Made by a program: the position numbers and the translations under genes | From: a plasmid | Direction: 5' to 3' (one strand) | Sequence record: NZ_CP031419.1 | Length of the DNA stretch: 64,000 bases | Notes under the pieces: generated by a model | Database searches by the model: none | Told to the model about the DNA's origin: nothing | Seen by the model: the letters and a program-made list of their open reading frames with translations, nothing else | In this document: one piece after another, positions 10,120 through 19,859 of the stretch | Layout: every line of letters begins with the position of its first letter | Position numbering within the stretch: the first letter of the stretch is position 1

Positions 10120-11516
10120 TCAGTCGGTCTGCGCCGTCGTGTTATCCAGGCCAGCGGGCAGCGCGCGTTCGAAGAACCCGTCGTAGACCTCAGCCGGGAG
10201 CGTGCCCGACACGCGAAGGCATTCGCGGAGCGTGCGTGCGATAGTGCCCCGGCTGAGTTGCAACTCGGGCGAGCGGTCGGCTTCGCCGACGACCTCACCG
10301 ACCAAGCTTCGTGCGCGCGCCGGGTTGTGCGCGATGAGCCAGTCCAGGTTCCTGGCGACAGGGCCCGCGATCATGATCCAGTCGCTGGAGGGGCGTAGCC
10401 GCTCTCCCCGCCGCAACTGGTCGCGCAGCGCGTAGAACAGGGTGTCGCGCTGGTTGTCCATGCCCGCGATCCGGTCGAGGTCGTTGACCACGAAGAGCGC
10501 GAGATCTCGGGCGACCGCGGTGACTTGCTCCTTGTTGCGCTGTCCGATGACCCACCAACGCCGTCGTTTCGGGACGCCCCAGAAGTAGTGGGTGTACTCC
10601 TCCGTGAGCCGGTCGAACAGCGCGGCGATTCCGCGTGGCATCGGATTGTCGGGGCTGGTGGCGAGTACCTCCCCGATCCCGGCGGCTGACCGCTCACGGG
10701 CTTCGACCCAGTCGGCGGCGACAGGCCGGGACCACAATGCCCTGCCCCCGAGGACCAATTGAGGGTCGGGCAACAGCCCCTCCCCGCGAGCGCGATATCC
10801 GCGCACAGTGCCCGGCGCCAGTCCCGCCATGGCCGCGAGTTGGGTGGCGTTGATGAGCTGGTCCGCGCGGCCAGTTCGGGGGCATGCAGACTGACCACGC
10901 AGTCTTCGAGAGGGCGGCCGTCGCTGGTCCGCAAGTGCTCCCAGAGCGCGAGATCGTCGAGCCAGTGCGGTGATCCCTCGCTGTCGAGTTGGACATCCTC
11001 GACTGAAAGCAGGCGGCCGCGTCCGGGATCGGCTGGGGCGGACGCCAATTGCTGTGCTGCTGTGACAGTTTCGGCGTTGGCGACTTGCCGAAGGGCGTAG
11101 CCGCCGGCGACGGTGTCGACCACTTGCCGCGGGCGGTACCAAGATGTGCCGTCCCACCAGTAGCCCCCGGACCGGAACAGCAGCGGCGAGGGTCGGCCTG
11201 CGTCCCAGGCGGCCCAGAGTTCATGGAGGCCCGCAGCGTCCTCATCGCGCACCAGCAAGACGGTGCGCCCGTGGTCGGGATGGTAGTGGATCGACCATGC
11301 GAACTCGGGACGGCGTGGATCGGTGGTGAACGCCCACCAACGCTGGCCGCCGGTGCTGTAATCGAAGCGGCCCCAGGTCTTTTCGTCACGTCCCCGGCCT
11401 ACCCCCTCGATGTCCTCCGGGTCGTCTACGGGTATGTGAAGGTCGTCTACGAACGGCAACGACGGAACTGGATGATCGGTGCTGAGCCCGTTCGCGAGCG
11501 GCACAACTCCCAACAT
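10120..11516 (-). CDS. HTH-domain protein with apparent single-base frameshift near 10870-10880 (possible pseudogene or sequencing error)
   Basis: The N-terminal ~215 codons are protein-like in the frame of ORF 10371..11516. The HTH (LINATQLAAMAGLAPGTVRGYRA) and C-terminal ~240 codons are protein-like in the frame of ORF 10120..11157. The switch maps to ccccgaactggccgcgcgg. Confidence 0.5.
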
Positions 11517-11670
11517 GCTGACCCTCTTTCCTGAGCGTTGTAATGGTGCAGCGTAGGCGCTGCACCATTACAACGCAACCACCGCGCTCGGAGCTGCGGA
11601 CGCCGCCGGATTCAGATGTTTTCGATACACTCGAATAACTAGAACTTTCGACAGGAGGAGGTCTGAACCG

Positions 11671-12129
11671 ATGGAACTGGCGACGTATCCCCAGGTGCCG
11701 GGGCAGCTGGCCCTGTGGGAGCCCGAAGTCGAGCAGCCGCCCGCACGGCCGTCACATCCCCACCGGCCGGCCGGACTGCACACCTGCCCCAACCCGGAGT
11801 GCGGCTACCCCGCGAAGGGGGAAAGCGCACGCGGGCGCCTGCGAGAGGACGTGAAGGTCGTCTGGCTCGTACCCGACCCCGACCAGCCGGACACCCCAGC
11901 CGAGCGCCGCTACTGCAACCGCTGTCGCCCGCGGCCACCGCAGCAAATCGCCGATGTCGAGTGCGCGGCCTGCGACCATGGCGGGCCGCTCCTTGTCGGG
12001 GCACTCGCGATCACGCTGCGCGCCAAGGGGAAAGTCCCCACCGCCGTCCTCACATGGTTGATGGACCAGGGGTGGCGCGAGCAGGAGGGCGGGGGGCTCC
12101 TCTGTCCCGACCATCCCGCCCACCGATAA
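11671..12129 (+). CDS. Cys-rich (zinc-ribbon-like) small protein
   Basis: GGAGGAGG RBS. Cys pairs CPNPEC, CNRC and CAAC. Unbiased composition. Confidence 0.6.
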   Translation: MELATYPQVPGQLALWEPEVEQPPARPSHPHRPAGLHTCPNPECGYPAKGESARGRLREDVKVVWLVPDPDQPDTPAERRYCNRCRPRPPQQIADVECAACDHGGPLLVGALAITLRAKGKVPTAVLTWLMDQGWREQEGGGLLCPDHPAHR

Positions 12130-12398
12130 ACATCTAGTTATACAGCTATTGCGACTTGAGCATTGATTCTGGCCAGCGCCGAATGCCCCACCGAGCGTGG
12201 CGCACGGCTCGCGGCCCAGATACAGCCGTGCCCCGGGCGGCATGCTCAGCAGAGGCGGACCCGGGGCGTACGGGAACACGGTAGGCGGCCCGAGAACTTC
12301 CGGTCAACCTAATTTTCTAGCTGCGGCCCCGCAATTCAAAACGGCCGTTTTGGAATGCCGGGCGACCCGCTGGCCCGCGGCCGGGCGGGACCCCGGGG

Positions 12399-12902
12399 CT
12401 ATTCGGCGGACTGACGCAGGTGCGGGCGGGTCAGGCCCTTCCCGCGCCGCTCATTGAGTATCTCGACGACTCCGCGTGTGCGGTACACGGTGCGGGCCCC
12501 GCGGTCCTCGTGCTCGACCTTCTCGTCGAAGGTCTCGCGATATTGGGTCACGGTCTTGCCGTCGACGCCGAGCAGGCGGGCGATGGCGCCGAGGGTACGG
12601 AACTCGTCGGGCCCGTCGGGCATGAGGAAGGGAGCCGGCCGGTTGGCGGCTTCCCAGCGCTCGGCGAAGGCGTCGAGTTCGTCGGAGTCGTACTCCGGGG
12701 CGGGGGTGCCTTTGCCGGTGCGCGGGCGGGGTTGCTTCGGGGCCGGGAAGTCGTCGCGACCGGTCCAGTTGTTGCGGATCGAGCCATAGCTGCGGCCGCG
12801 CTGTTCGGCCCATTCCTTCAACGTGATCAGGGTTCCCACGCCCTCATTGTGGTCGGAGGCAGCTCCGGCGTGGTGGTCGGCTGTCGGCGCGGTGGGGATC
12901 AT
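12399..12902 (-). CDS. AlpA/excisionase-like DNA-binding protein (two HTH-like segments)
   Basis: ITLKEWAEQRGRSYGSIRNNW...FPAP (AlpA-like) and TLGAIARLLGVDGKTVTQYRE. Confidence 0.6.
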   Translation of the reverse strand: MIPTAPTADHHAGAASDHNEGVGTLITLKEWAEQRGRSYGSIRNNWTGRDDFPAPKQPRPRTGKGTPAPEYDSDELDAFAERWEAANRPAPFLMPDGPDEFRTLGAIARLLGVDGKTVTQYRETFDEKVEHEDRGARTVYRTRGVVEILNERRGKGLTRPHLRQSAE

Positions 12903-13073
12903 CGTCGCTTCTTCTCTCTCGCGGTGGCGGGGTGTCGAAGTGTCGAATCAGGGCGATTCGCTTGCTAAGCTTGGCGATGCCCTTCTTTTGCGAGTGGGGC
13001 ACTTTCGGGCGGCCTGGCGTGTCCGAGCTGCGGTCTTCGCGACCGAGGCTTCGCCGGCCGCCCGAGCCATGTC

Positions 13074-13778
13074 CTAGGAGCCCTCCAGGAACGCCGTGAG
13101 CGCCGCTGCGGCGGCGATGCTGGGTTCGGGCTCCCCGGCGTGCGGCCAGTCCTCCACGTGCAAGCTCAGGTCATCCCAGAGCTTTCGGGCTTCGGCGATC
13201 AGCACGGCCCGGTCGATACCGGTGCGGCCGTTCACCCACTCGGCCAAGTTCGGGCAATAGTGCTCCCCGGCCCAACCCTCGGCGATGGCCCTGGCCTCGT
13301 ACGCGGTGATCACGGTGTCGAAGCTGCCGTCGGTGTAGATGCGCTGGGCGACCGCTTCGTAGACGCTGGGCACCGTTTCAGTGGTTTGCCAGACACGCAC
13401 CTCGGTGGTGAAGGTCAGCACGTCACCGGGCATCTCCTCGTCGCGACGGTCGAGCCAGAACGGTGCCACCTCGGCTCTGGGGACACTGGTCAGGCTTTCG
13501 CGGTCGATGCACTTGTTGCCGTACATGCCGGAGGTGCCGGTGTAGTCGATGCTCCCATCGGGATCGAGAATGAAGCCGTAATCGGGGTCGTCCCCGCAGG
13601 CGAACAACTCGCCGCTGTAGGCAGTGACCCACAAACGGGAGCGGTACCCGCCGGGGTGAACGAGGATATCGCCGGTCCAGGGGCTGGTGGGCCCGGCCGC
13701 ACGGGCCACGACGCCGCGGCGAGCGCGGGCCTCATCGGCGGTGGTCCAGCGGGAGCGGTCGAACATCGTGAATGGCAT
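13074..13778 (-). CDS. hypothetical protein immediately downstream of the C5 methyltransferase (candidate cognate nuclease, unproven)
   Basis: The unbiased ~235-aa C-terminal part of the long track ORF 13074..15149. GGAAGGA RBS before the MPFTMFD start; the alternative start is 13805. No recognisable domain. Confidence 0.5.
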   Translation of the reverse strand: MPFTMFDRSRWTTADEARARRGVVARAAGPTSPWTGDILVHPGGYRSRLWVTAYSGELFACGDDPDYGFILDPDGSIDYTGTSGMYGNKCIDRESLTSVPRAEVAPFWLDRRDEEMPGDVLTFTTEVRVWQTTETVPSVYEAVAQRIYTDGSFDTVITAYEARAIAEGWAGEHYCPNLAEWVNGRTGIDRAVLIAEARKLWDDLSLHVEDWPHAGEPEPSIAAAAALTAFLEGS

Positions 13779-13862
13779 CGGAGGAAGTCCTTCCGGAGAA
13801 GTCATGGGGGCCAGGGGTTTCAATCGCGGATGGGGTTGCGGGAGTGGACGAGAAAGGAAGGG

Positions 13863-13898
13863 CCAGGGAGGGGGCCCGGTGTGCGGGCCCCCTCCCTG
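13863..13898 (-). terminator. perfect 16-bp inverted repeat between the C5-MTase stop and the next gene
   Basis: CCAGGGAGGGGGCCCG gtgtg CGGGCCCCCTCCCTGG. It also carries the gagtgg..gaagg leader motif. Confidence 0.4.
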
Positions 13899-13903
13899 GT
13901 GGA

Positions 13904-15583
13904 TCACGCCGCCGGGGTGTAGCGGTCGAGCTCTTCGCCGGTGATGGCCTCCACCAGCGCAGAGATCAAAATCTCGGCAGCGGGCGGGGTGACGGCGTTG
14001 CCGAGCTGGCGCACCCGTTGGCGCTTGTTGCCGAGCACGATGTAGTCCTTGCGGAACGCCATCGCGTCCTGGATCTCGTGCGGCTCCAACATGCGGAACC
14101 GAGTGTTCTCGATGTCGCGCTCGGTGATCATGTCGACCAGAGCGAACCGGTCGCGGGTGCTGACCGTGCCCAGCGGTTCGGTGGCGGGCCGGGCGGTGCC
14201 GGTGCTGTAGTAGGGCAGCAGCAGCGTGTTCCACAGCTCGGGCGACATCCCGGCGGGCGGCGTGACCAGGCCGTGGTGATTGCCGCTGGCGGTGACGGTG
14301 GCCAGGGCCTCGGTCACCGGACGCGCGTCCGAGGAACCGCCGCGCAGCTCGGCGACGAAGGGGAGGAACGCCACCGCCGTCTCGTTGCGGGTGGTCTGGG
14401 TGCGCAGCGGCATCGAGGCCAGCTGGGCTTCCTTGCCGTCGCGACCCTCCATCGGAATCATCAGCGGCGGCGGCACGACCAGGCCGTGGTTGGAGCCGTC
14501 GGCAACGACCGTGGCGAGGGGTTCGTTCAGCCCGATCGTGCGGGGGCGGTCCGAGCGCAGCAGCGCCAGGAACGGCTGCGGGATCGCGAGCCCGTCGTTC
14601 TCCCGGGTGGTGCGGGCGGCCATGGGCCCTGTGACCTGGGTGGCGTCGTCGCGCCAGGTTCCCCCGGCGGGGACCATCATCGGCATCATCGAGGCGTAGC
14701 GGCGCATCCCGACGCGAATGCGTTCCATGGTCTTGGGAGCCAGAGGCTTGTCCCGGTCGCCGATGCGGGTGCCCGGCAGGGTCCAGTCGATCGCGGCGGC
14801 CGCCGGGAGCGCGGGCGGCTCCACGATCGAGTTGCGGCAGCTGACGCGAGGGCAGCGGTACACGTACTGGGTGCGGTAGCGCCCCATGTCGGCATTGGGC
14901 TTCTTGAAGACCTGGAGGGCGCTCACCCACTCGTCGCAGGCCAGGCAGTACGACAACGGGCGGAGCCACTTGTTCCAGTCGGGCTCGCGGCCGAGCTTGA
15001 GATCCCAGTAGGCGACGTAGAGCCGGTCCCGGGACTGCGGGGCCGCCGGAGTGCGAACCGGCTGGGCATGGCTGGAGTTGAGGGCGATGACCTTGACCCC
15101 GTAGCCCAGGGCCCGGATCTCGCCGATCCAGCGGTTCCACTGGTCCCACTGACGGACCTCGACCACGTTCTCCACGACCCCGGCGCGGACCCGGCCACCG
15201 CGCTCGATCACGCCGCGCAGGTACATCGGGACCTCTTCCATCAGCGCCCTGCTGCGGTCGGCTTCCTCATCGCGCTGAAGGTCGAGGAGGTCACCTTGGA
15301 GGGTGTTGTCGTAGTCGCGCTTCTTGCCGCGCGCCGAGGACCACTGCGGGCACTCCGGCGAGGCCCAGAAGATATCGGCCACAGGCCATTTCACGATCTG
15401 TTCTTTGGCCTCTTCGGTGCTCAGGTCTCCGAGGAAGTGATCGGCCTCGGGGTAGTTGGTGGCATGGGTCTCGATGGCCTTCGACCAGTGGTTCGCCGCG
15501 CGGGTGACGCGCACACCGGGCACCTTCGATGCGCCCTGAGTGGAGCCGCCAGCGCCGCAGAACCAATCCATCAATTCGAGCAT
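13904..15583 (-). CDS. DNA (cytosine-5)-methyltransferase
   Basis: Motif I MDWFCGAGG, motif IV SPECPQWS (PC motif) and motif X QLGNAVTPP. GAAGGGA RBS. Confidence 0.9.
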   Translation of the reverse strand: MLELMDWFCGAGGSTQGASKVPGVRVTRAANHWSKAIETHATNYPEADHFLGDLSTEEAKEQIVKWPVADIFWASPECPQWSSARGKKRDYDNTLQGDLLDLQRDEEADRSRALMEEVPMYLRGVIERGGRVRAGVVENVVEVRQWDQWNRWIGEIRALGYGVKVIALNSSHAQPVRTPAAPQSRDRLYVAYWDLKLGREPDWNKWLRPLSYCLACDEWVSALQVFKKPNADMGRYRTQYVYRCPRVSCRNSIVEPPALPAAAAIDWTLPGTRIGDRDKPLAPKTMERIRVGMRRYASMMPMMVPAGGTWRDDATQVTGPMAARTTRENDGLAIPQPFLALLRSDRPRTIGLNEPLATVVADGSNHGLVVPPPLMIPMEGRDGKEAQLASMPLRTQTTRNETAVAFLPFVAELRGGSSDARPVTEALATVTASGNHHGLVTPPAGMSPELWNTLLLPYYSTGTARPATEPLGTVSTRDRFALVDMITERDIENTRFRMLEPHEIQDAMAFRKDYIVLGNKRQRVRQLGNAVTPPAAEILISALVEAITGEELDRYTPAA

Positions 15584-16019
15584 GGGAATCGTCCCTTCGT
15601 GATTTGCGAGTGGGTCGAAGAAGGCGGGGTGTCCGGTCCCGCTTCCTTCTATGTCATATATTACCCGTTAAAGTTGATCGAGGTCAAGAACTTTCTTGAC
15701 GTGTCTTTTATCGAAATTATCTGTGCGGCAACAGCTTTCGATTCTCCTGCCGACCTGGGGATCGGGGCCGCAAACGCTACCGATACAATGGATGTTTTAG
15801 ATACACTGGAAGTGTTCGAAAAGTGCCCGCTCCCCGCGTTCGCCCACGTCAACGGAGCCGGAAGGGCTCGACAACGGCGTCGGGCCCAGCGGCGAACCCG
15901 CGAGCAGACACCGATCACACGAGAACCGCTGAGCGCTCGCGCGTCTCGGACCGGCCGCATACGTCGGAACGAGGTGGAAGACTTGCGGGCGAACGAGGCG
16001 TGGCCGACGCAACCGAACG

Positions 16020-16964
16020 ATGGAGCAGCCGATGACCGATGCCAGATCCGACCCCGCCGCACCCGAGGCGAGCCTCGGGGACCTCCAGGCCGAGGCGATC
16101 ACCCTGCTCACCCGCGTCTCGAGGATGCAGCGCTCCCGTCCGGCGGCGAACGGCGCTGCGGCCGCCCGCGCGACCGATCCGATCGACTTCGCCGAATTCG
16201 TCACCCAGGTGATGGCCGGAGTGGCCGCCAACCGGGGCGGCGTCGCCGTGCTGGCCGGTCGGCCCGGCAGCTGGGAGGCCGACAAACTGCGCGACATGCT
16301 CTACAGCACCGTCGGCGAGGACGAATGGGCGCTGGCCGAGCACCGCACCGAACCCGTGGTGATCCCGCTCGCGATCGAGGAAGTCCTGATCGACGCCGGG
16401 GAGCCCGAGGAATACGAACCCGAGGACCGCGCCCAGGAGATCGTCCGGCGCGCCCAGACCGCCGGCCTCAGCGTGGACGAATGGCTGACCCGCTGGAACG
16501 GCCGCGAACCGGTCTTCACCCGATGGCGGCCGTTGATGAAGCCCGAGGACCACTACGACGAGCAGGTCAACGCGGTCGAGAACCGCCACGACGATGCCTA
16601 CACCGCCCTCGAGGCCCGCTACCCCGAGGACACCGACTACAGCGTCTACGCCGCCGAGGCCGAGCAGCTCGACGCGCAGCGTGACGCCGAACTCGCCGCG
16701 CTGCGGGAGCGGTGGCGTCGGCGCTACCAGCGCTACGCCACCGCATTCGAGGCGGCCGTGCGGGCCAAGGCCGACGAGCTCGGGGTGCGGGTACCGCTCG
16801 AAGTCCAGGTCGAGACGGACCCGGACCGAACCTGGGACGCCCGCCAGAACATCGCTCCCGGCTGGGCCGACGCCGACCGGCTCGCCGTCCGCCTGTACGA
16901 GCACGCCCGCGAAGTCACCCCCACCGCCCTTCTGACCACCGACGAGCCCGACACCGAAGGCTGA
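16020..16964 (+). CDS. acidic hypothetical protein
   Basis: 314 aa, strongly acidic, unbiased. First gene of a five-gene plus-strand operon with 4-nt overlaps. Confidence 0.6.
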   Translation: MEQPMTDARSDPAAPEASLGDLQAEAITLLTRVSRMQRSRPAANGAAAARATDPIDFAEFVTQVMAGVAANRGGVAVLAGRPGSWEADKLRDMLYSTVGEDEWALAEHRTEPVVIPLAIEEVLIDAGEPEEYEPEDRAQEIVRRAQTAGLSVDEWLTRWNGREPVFTRWRPLMKPEDHYDEQVNAVENRHDDAYTALEARYPEDTDYSVYAAEAEQLDAQRDAELAALRERWRRRYQRYATAFEAAVRAKADELGVRVPLEVQVETDPDRTWDARQNIAPGWADADRLAVRLYEHAREVTPTALLTTDEPDTEG

Positions 16965-16970
16965 GGCCCC

Positions 16971-17288
16971 ATGACCGCCGAGAGCGCCCCCAAAACCCCA
17001 CCGGCACAGCGGGTTCTGACCGTCGGGCAGATCCGCGAAGCCCTTGCACAGTTCCCCGACGATCTCCCGCTGATGGTGTGCGTTCCCGTCGACGACGACA
17101 CCTACGAAAGCTACGGAGTCACGATGGGCCCCTACCACCAGCGGGCTGACTGGGGCGACGGGCTCGGCCCGGTCGCTGACGAACGCTACGTCGCCATCGA
17201 CGCCATGGCGTACTTCCTTGCTCTGCGAGAGGAGCTGGAGATCACCTCCGCCGACTCGGTCGCATCCGAGCAGGAGGCCGGACTGTGA
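16971..17288 (+). CDS. hypothetical protein
   Basis: 105 aa with protein-like composition. Overlaps the next gene. Confidence 0.55.
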   Translation: MTAESAPKTPPAQRVLTVGQIREALAQFPDDLPLMVCVPVDDDTYESYGVTMGPYHQRADWGDGLGPVADERYVAIDAMAYFLALREELEITSADSVASEQEAGL

Positions 17289-17728
17289 GCACACCCCGGA
17301 ACCCGTCGAGTCGCGAAACCGCCACCACCGGAAGGGAACTCGTCAAGTACGAGCCCTACCTTGAGCTCGTCTCGCGGCTGTGGTTCGCGGCGGCCGTGAA
17401 CCCGAACCGCCTCGCCGAGAAGATCGCGAGAACGACCCGCTTGAGCCGCAGCAGCTCGGTCATTTTCGTCGACGAACCGGTGACCTGGGAGACGCTGCCG
17501 CAGCGGCTCGCCGAGCGCCGACGCGACTACGCCGGGTACTTCGCGTCCCTGCCCCCGGTGGAGGCCGCCGCCTCTCGGCGGGGCTTGCTCCAGCGGCCCA
17601 CGCCGGAGATGGAGGCTACCGTCGCGGAGGCCGCCGCGCGGGTCTTCGCGCGGAGACAACAACCCGGCCCGGCTCAAAAATCCCAGCGCGCCAACGACAC
17701 CCACGCATCCGAGGGGGAACACCGATGA
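17285..17728 (+). CDS. hypothetical protein
   Basis: 147 aa. Translationally coupled (ATGA) with its neighbours. Confidence 0.5.
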   Translation: MSTPRNPSSRETATTGRELVKYEPYLELVSRLWFAAAVNPNRLAEKIARTTRLSRSSSVIFVDEPVTWETLPQRLAERRRDYAGYFASLPPVEAAASRRGLLQRPTPEMEATVAEAAARVFARRQQPGPAQKSQRANDTHASEGEHR

Positions 17729-17976
17729 AGGATCTCACCGCGACCGACCGACGCTTGGGCGAGGCCCTGGCCCAGCGTGACGAGGCGGCCCTGTCCAAGG
17801 TGGCCGACGAATTCGCCGCCGCCGGGCTGCCCGCCATGGCGCAGCTGTTGCGCGACCGCGGGACCGCAGGCGCAGCAGGGTTGCTGTCGGGGTTGACCGG
17901 GTGGTCGGTTCCGTCGGCGCACGGAGTCCGCCATCACCGTCACGGTGACGTAACTCCCGAGGGTCGTAGGTCGTGA
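17725..17976 (+). CDS. hypothetical protein
   Basis: Internal start MKDLTATDRRL with a GAGGGGGAA RBS, inside the longer track ORF 17380..17976. Confidence 0.4.
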   Translation: MKDLTATDRRLGEALAQRDEAALSKVADEFAAAGLPAMAQLLRDRGTAGAAGLLSGLTGWSVPSAHGVRHHRHGDVTPEGRRS

Positions 17977-18236
17977 CGGAGTCATGGCACTGTGAAGCGT
18001 ACGGACCCGAAGGTGTCGAAGTCGGGGCCCGGTGTTTCGTCGCGGGCGAGCTGCACGAGCGGGTCTGCACCGATCCGGGCGTGTGTCACCGGACGATGGT
18101 GGCAGAACGCCAGAGGGTTTTCCGGCGGATGAACGAGTTGGCCGCCGGTGGGTCGCCGTGGGCGGCCGACTTGGCGCAGGAGTTCGCCAGCCCCGAGCGG
18201 ATTCTCGGCGGCACGGACGAAGACCCCAGTTCCTGA
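17973..18236 (+). CDS. hypothetical protein
   Basis: 87 aa. ATGA overlap with the previous gene. Confidence 0.45.
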   Translation: MTESWHCEAYGPEGVEVGARCFVAGELHERVCTDPGVCHRTMVAERQRVFRRMNELAAGGSPWAADLAQEFASPERILGGTDEDPSS

Positions 18237-18572
18237 TTCGGCCGTGGCCACGCGTGTGGGATGCCGCGTCTTTGGCATACTGGCTGCGGGCCGTGGCGGG
18301 CGGCCCTACGGCCTGCTGATGCAGCGGGAGACCCCGTTGAAGAAGCGTATCGCTCCACCCGCCCACTAACATTGATGCCCTGCTGACGCTGATATGGAGC
18401 TGAACTGGGCAAATGCGGTTCTGGCTCCGGATAACTGCCATTATCCGGAGTGACACCAAAAAACACTACGGTGAGATACCCCCGCGCGGAGCACCTTTAG
18501 ATACATTAGAATAAATGGGCATGGCGGGAGCGCGATACCCGCGTCCACCAGCGGCGAACGCCGCCGGAGGAG

Positions 18573-19505
18573 ATGACCCAGAGCGACGGGGGAGAGGGGA
18601 AACCGATGACCAAGGCAAACGACCCGGCGGTAGCGGCGGACGCGGAAGGCTGGCGGCTCGATCCGGTGCGCCTGGACTGGGATACGGTCCTCCTCCGCGA
18701 TCCCGCATACCGTGATCCTGCCGAACTGCTGTTCGCGGGCAAAACGATGGGGATCGGCGGAATTGCCGCTCTGGTCGGCGTACCCGTCACCGCCTTCCTG
18801 GCCCTGCTGACGGACTGGGCCTCGTGGTGGTGGTGCATTCTCGCCGCAGGCATCCTTATCGTATCCGGGCTGTCGACCGCAGCGATCGGAGCGGCCTTGG
18901 ATCAGCGGCAGATGGAGAAGGCCACGCTGACCGGGGCAAGGCTGAAGGTATTGCCGCCGGCCCTCTGCCGTCCGCTGGCCCGCGCGATTCTTGCCATCGA
19001 GGACATCAAGTCCGGCCGGGCATTTCGCGAGAAGTATCTGGGCGAGCTGGAGCTGAGCGCAACGGCCTGGCAGATGGCGCAAACAGCGCTGCGCGGAGGA
19101 GAACTGGTGGCGGCGCGGACCGAGCTGCTCGACGCCGAAGAAGGAGTCATCTCGCCCGCCGACCGTGTTGCGGCCGAAGCCGCGCAGCGGACGGTCGACG
19201 AGCTGGTCGAGGGCCTGGAGCGTGACGCCGAAGCCCTGGCCACCGCAGCGGCATCGGCCCGGACGCTGTCAACGGCGCTGGAGGACACGGAGGCGCGCGC
19301 ACTGGCGGAAACCGAGCGGGAACGAATCTCCCGCCAGCAGCTCGCGCGCCGACACCGGCTCGACGCGGCGCTCGCTGCGGTCCGCACCGCCGACGAGGCC
19401 AATTCCCCTGACACCGCAGATCTCGCGGTCGCCCGCGCCGCCGCCTACGCCGAAGTCATGCAGCTCGGTGGGACACCTACCCCCGGCCTGGTACAGCCGG
19501 ACTGA
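18573..19505 (+). CDS. membrane protein (possible start at 18606)
   Basis: Hydrophobic helices (GIGGIAALVGVPVTAFLALL, WWWCILAAGILIVSGL) and a coiled-coil tail. A GGGGAGAGGGG RBS favours the ATG at 18606. Confidence 0.6.
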   Translation: MTQSDGGEGKPMTKANDPAVAADAEGWRLDPVRLDWDTVLLRDPAYRDPAELLFAGKTMGIGGIAALVGVPVTAFLALLTDWASWWWCILAAGILIVSGLSTAAIGAALDQRQMEKATLTGARLKVLPPALCRPLARAILAIEDIKSGRAFREKYLGELELSATAWQMAQTALRGGELVAARTELLDAEEGVISPADRVAAEAAQRTVDELVEGLERDAEALATAAASARTLSTALEDTEARALAETERERISRQQLARRHRLDAALAAVRTADEANSPDTADLAVARAAAYAEVMQLGGTPTPGLVQPD

Positions 19506-19525
19506 CGCTCAGGAACCCCACCGGT

Positions 19526-19720
19526 TCAGGCCGCGGTAATCTCGAACAGGGTCAGCGCCGCGCTGTTAGCGTGTTGTTCGGCACGCTCCTTCACAGCACA
19601 GGTTGGGCCGATCCCCGCGCTCACCGAAGCCGCCGAAAGCAGCCAGCCGTGGCAGCGGCGGCAGTGCACGACGAGCCGCACCGTCGGCTGTTCCTGGTCA
19701 TCGGTCTCGGTCGCGGCCAT
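19526..19720 (-). CDS. small Cys-rich protein
   Basis: MAATETDD...HCRRCHGW...GIGPTC. GGAGGAGAG RBS. Confidence 0.45.
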   Translation of the reverse strand: MAATETDDQEQPTVRLVVHCRRCHGWLLSAASVSAGIGPTCAVKERAEQHANSAALTLFEITAA

Positions 19721-19859
19721 GTTCGATCTCTCCTCCGGCCGGGTGGGTCTCTCCCAGGGTGACACAAGTGACCGACAACTCCGGCACGGTAGGGACGGCA
19801 AGGTTTTGGGTCGTTCCGTCCCGCAGAGCATGGGGCAGCCGGGCCCGACTTAAGGGAGG

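Noticed and set aside
13074-15149. 691-codon ORF on the minus strand
   Set aside because: Upstream of about 13800 it is Pro/Arg/Gly-rich filler running through the C5-MTase in another frame. Only the last about 235 codons (13074-13778) look like protein.
13772-16684. 970-codon plus-strand ORF
   Set aside because: Antisense to the C5-MTase and neighbouring genes. Extreme Arg/Gly/Asp/Pro bias is typical of off-frame GC-rich DNA.
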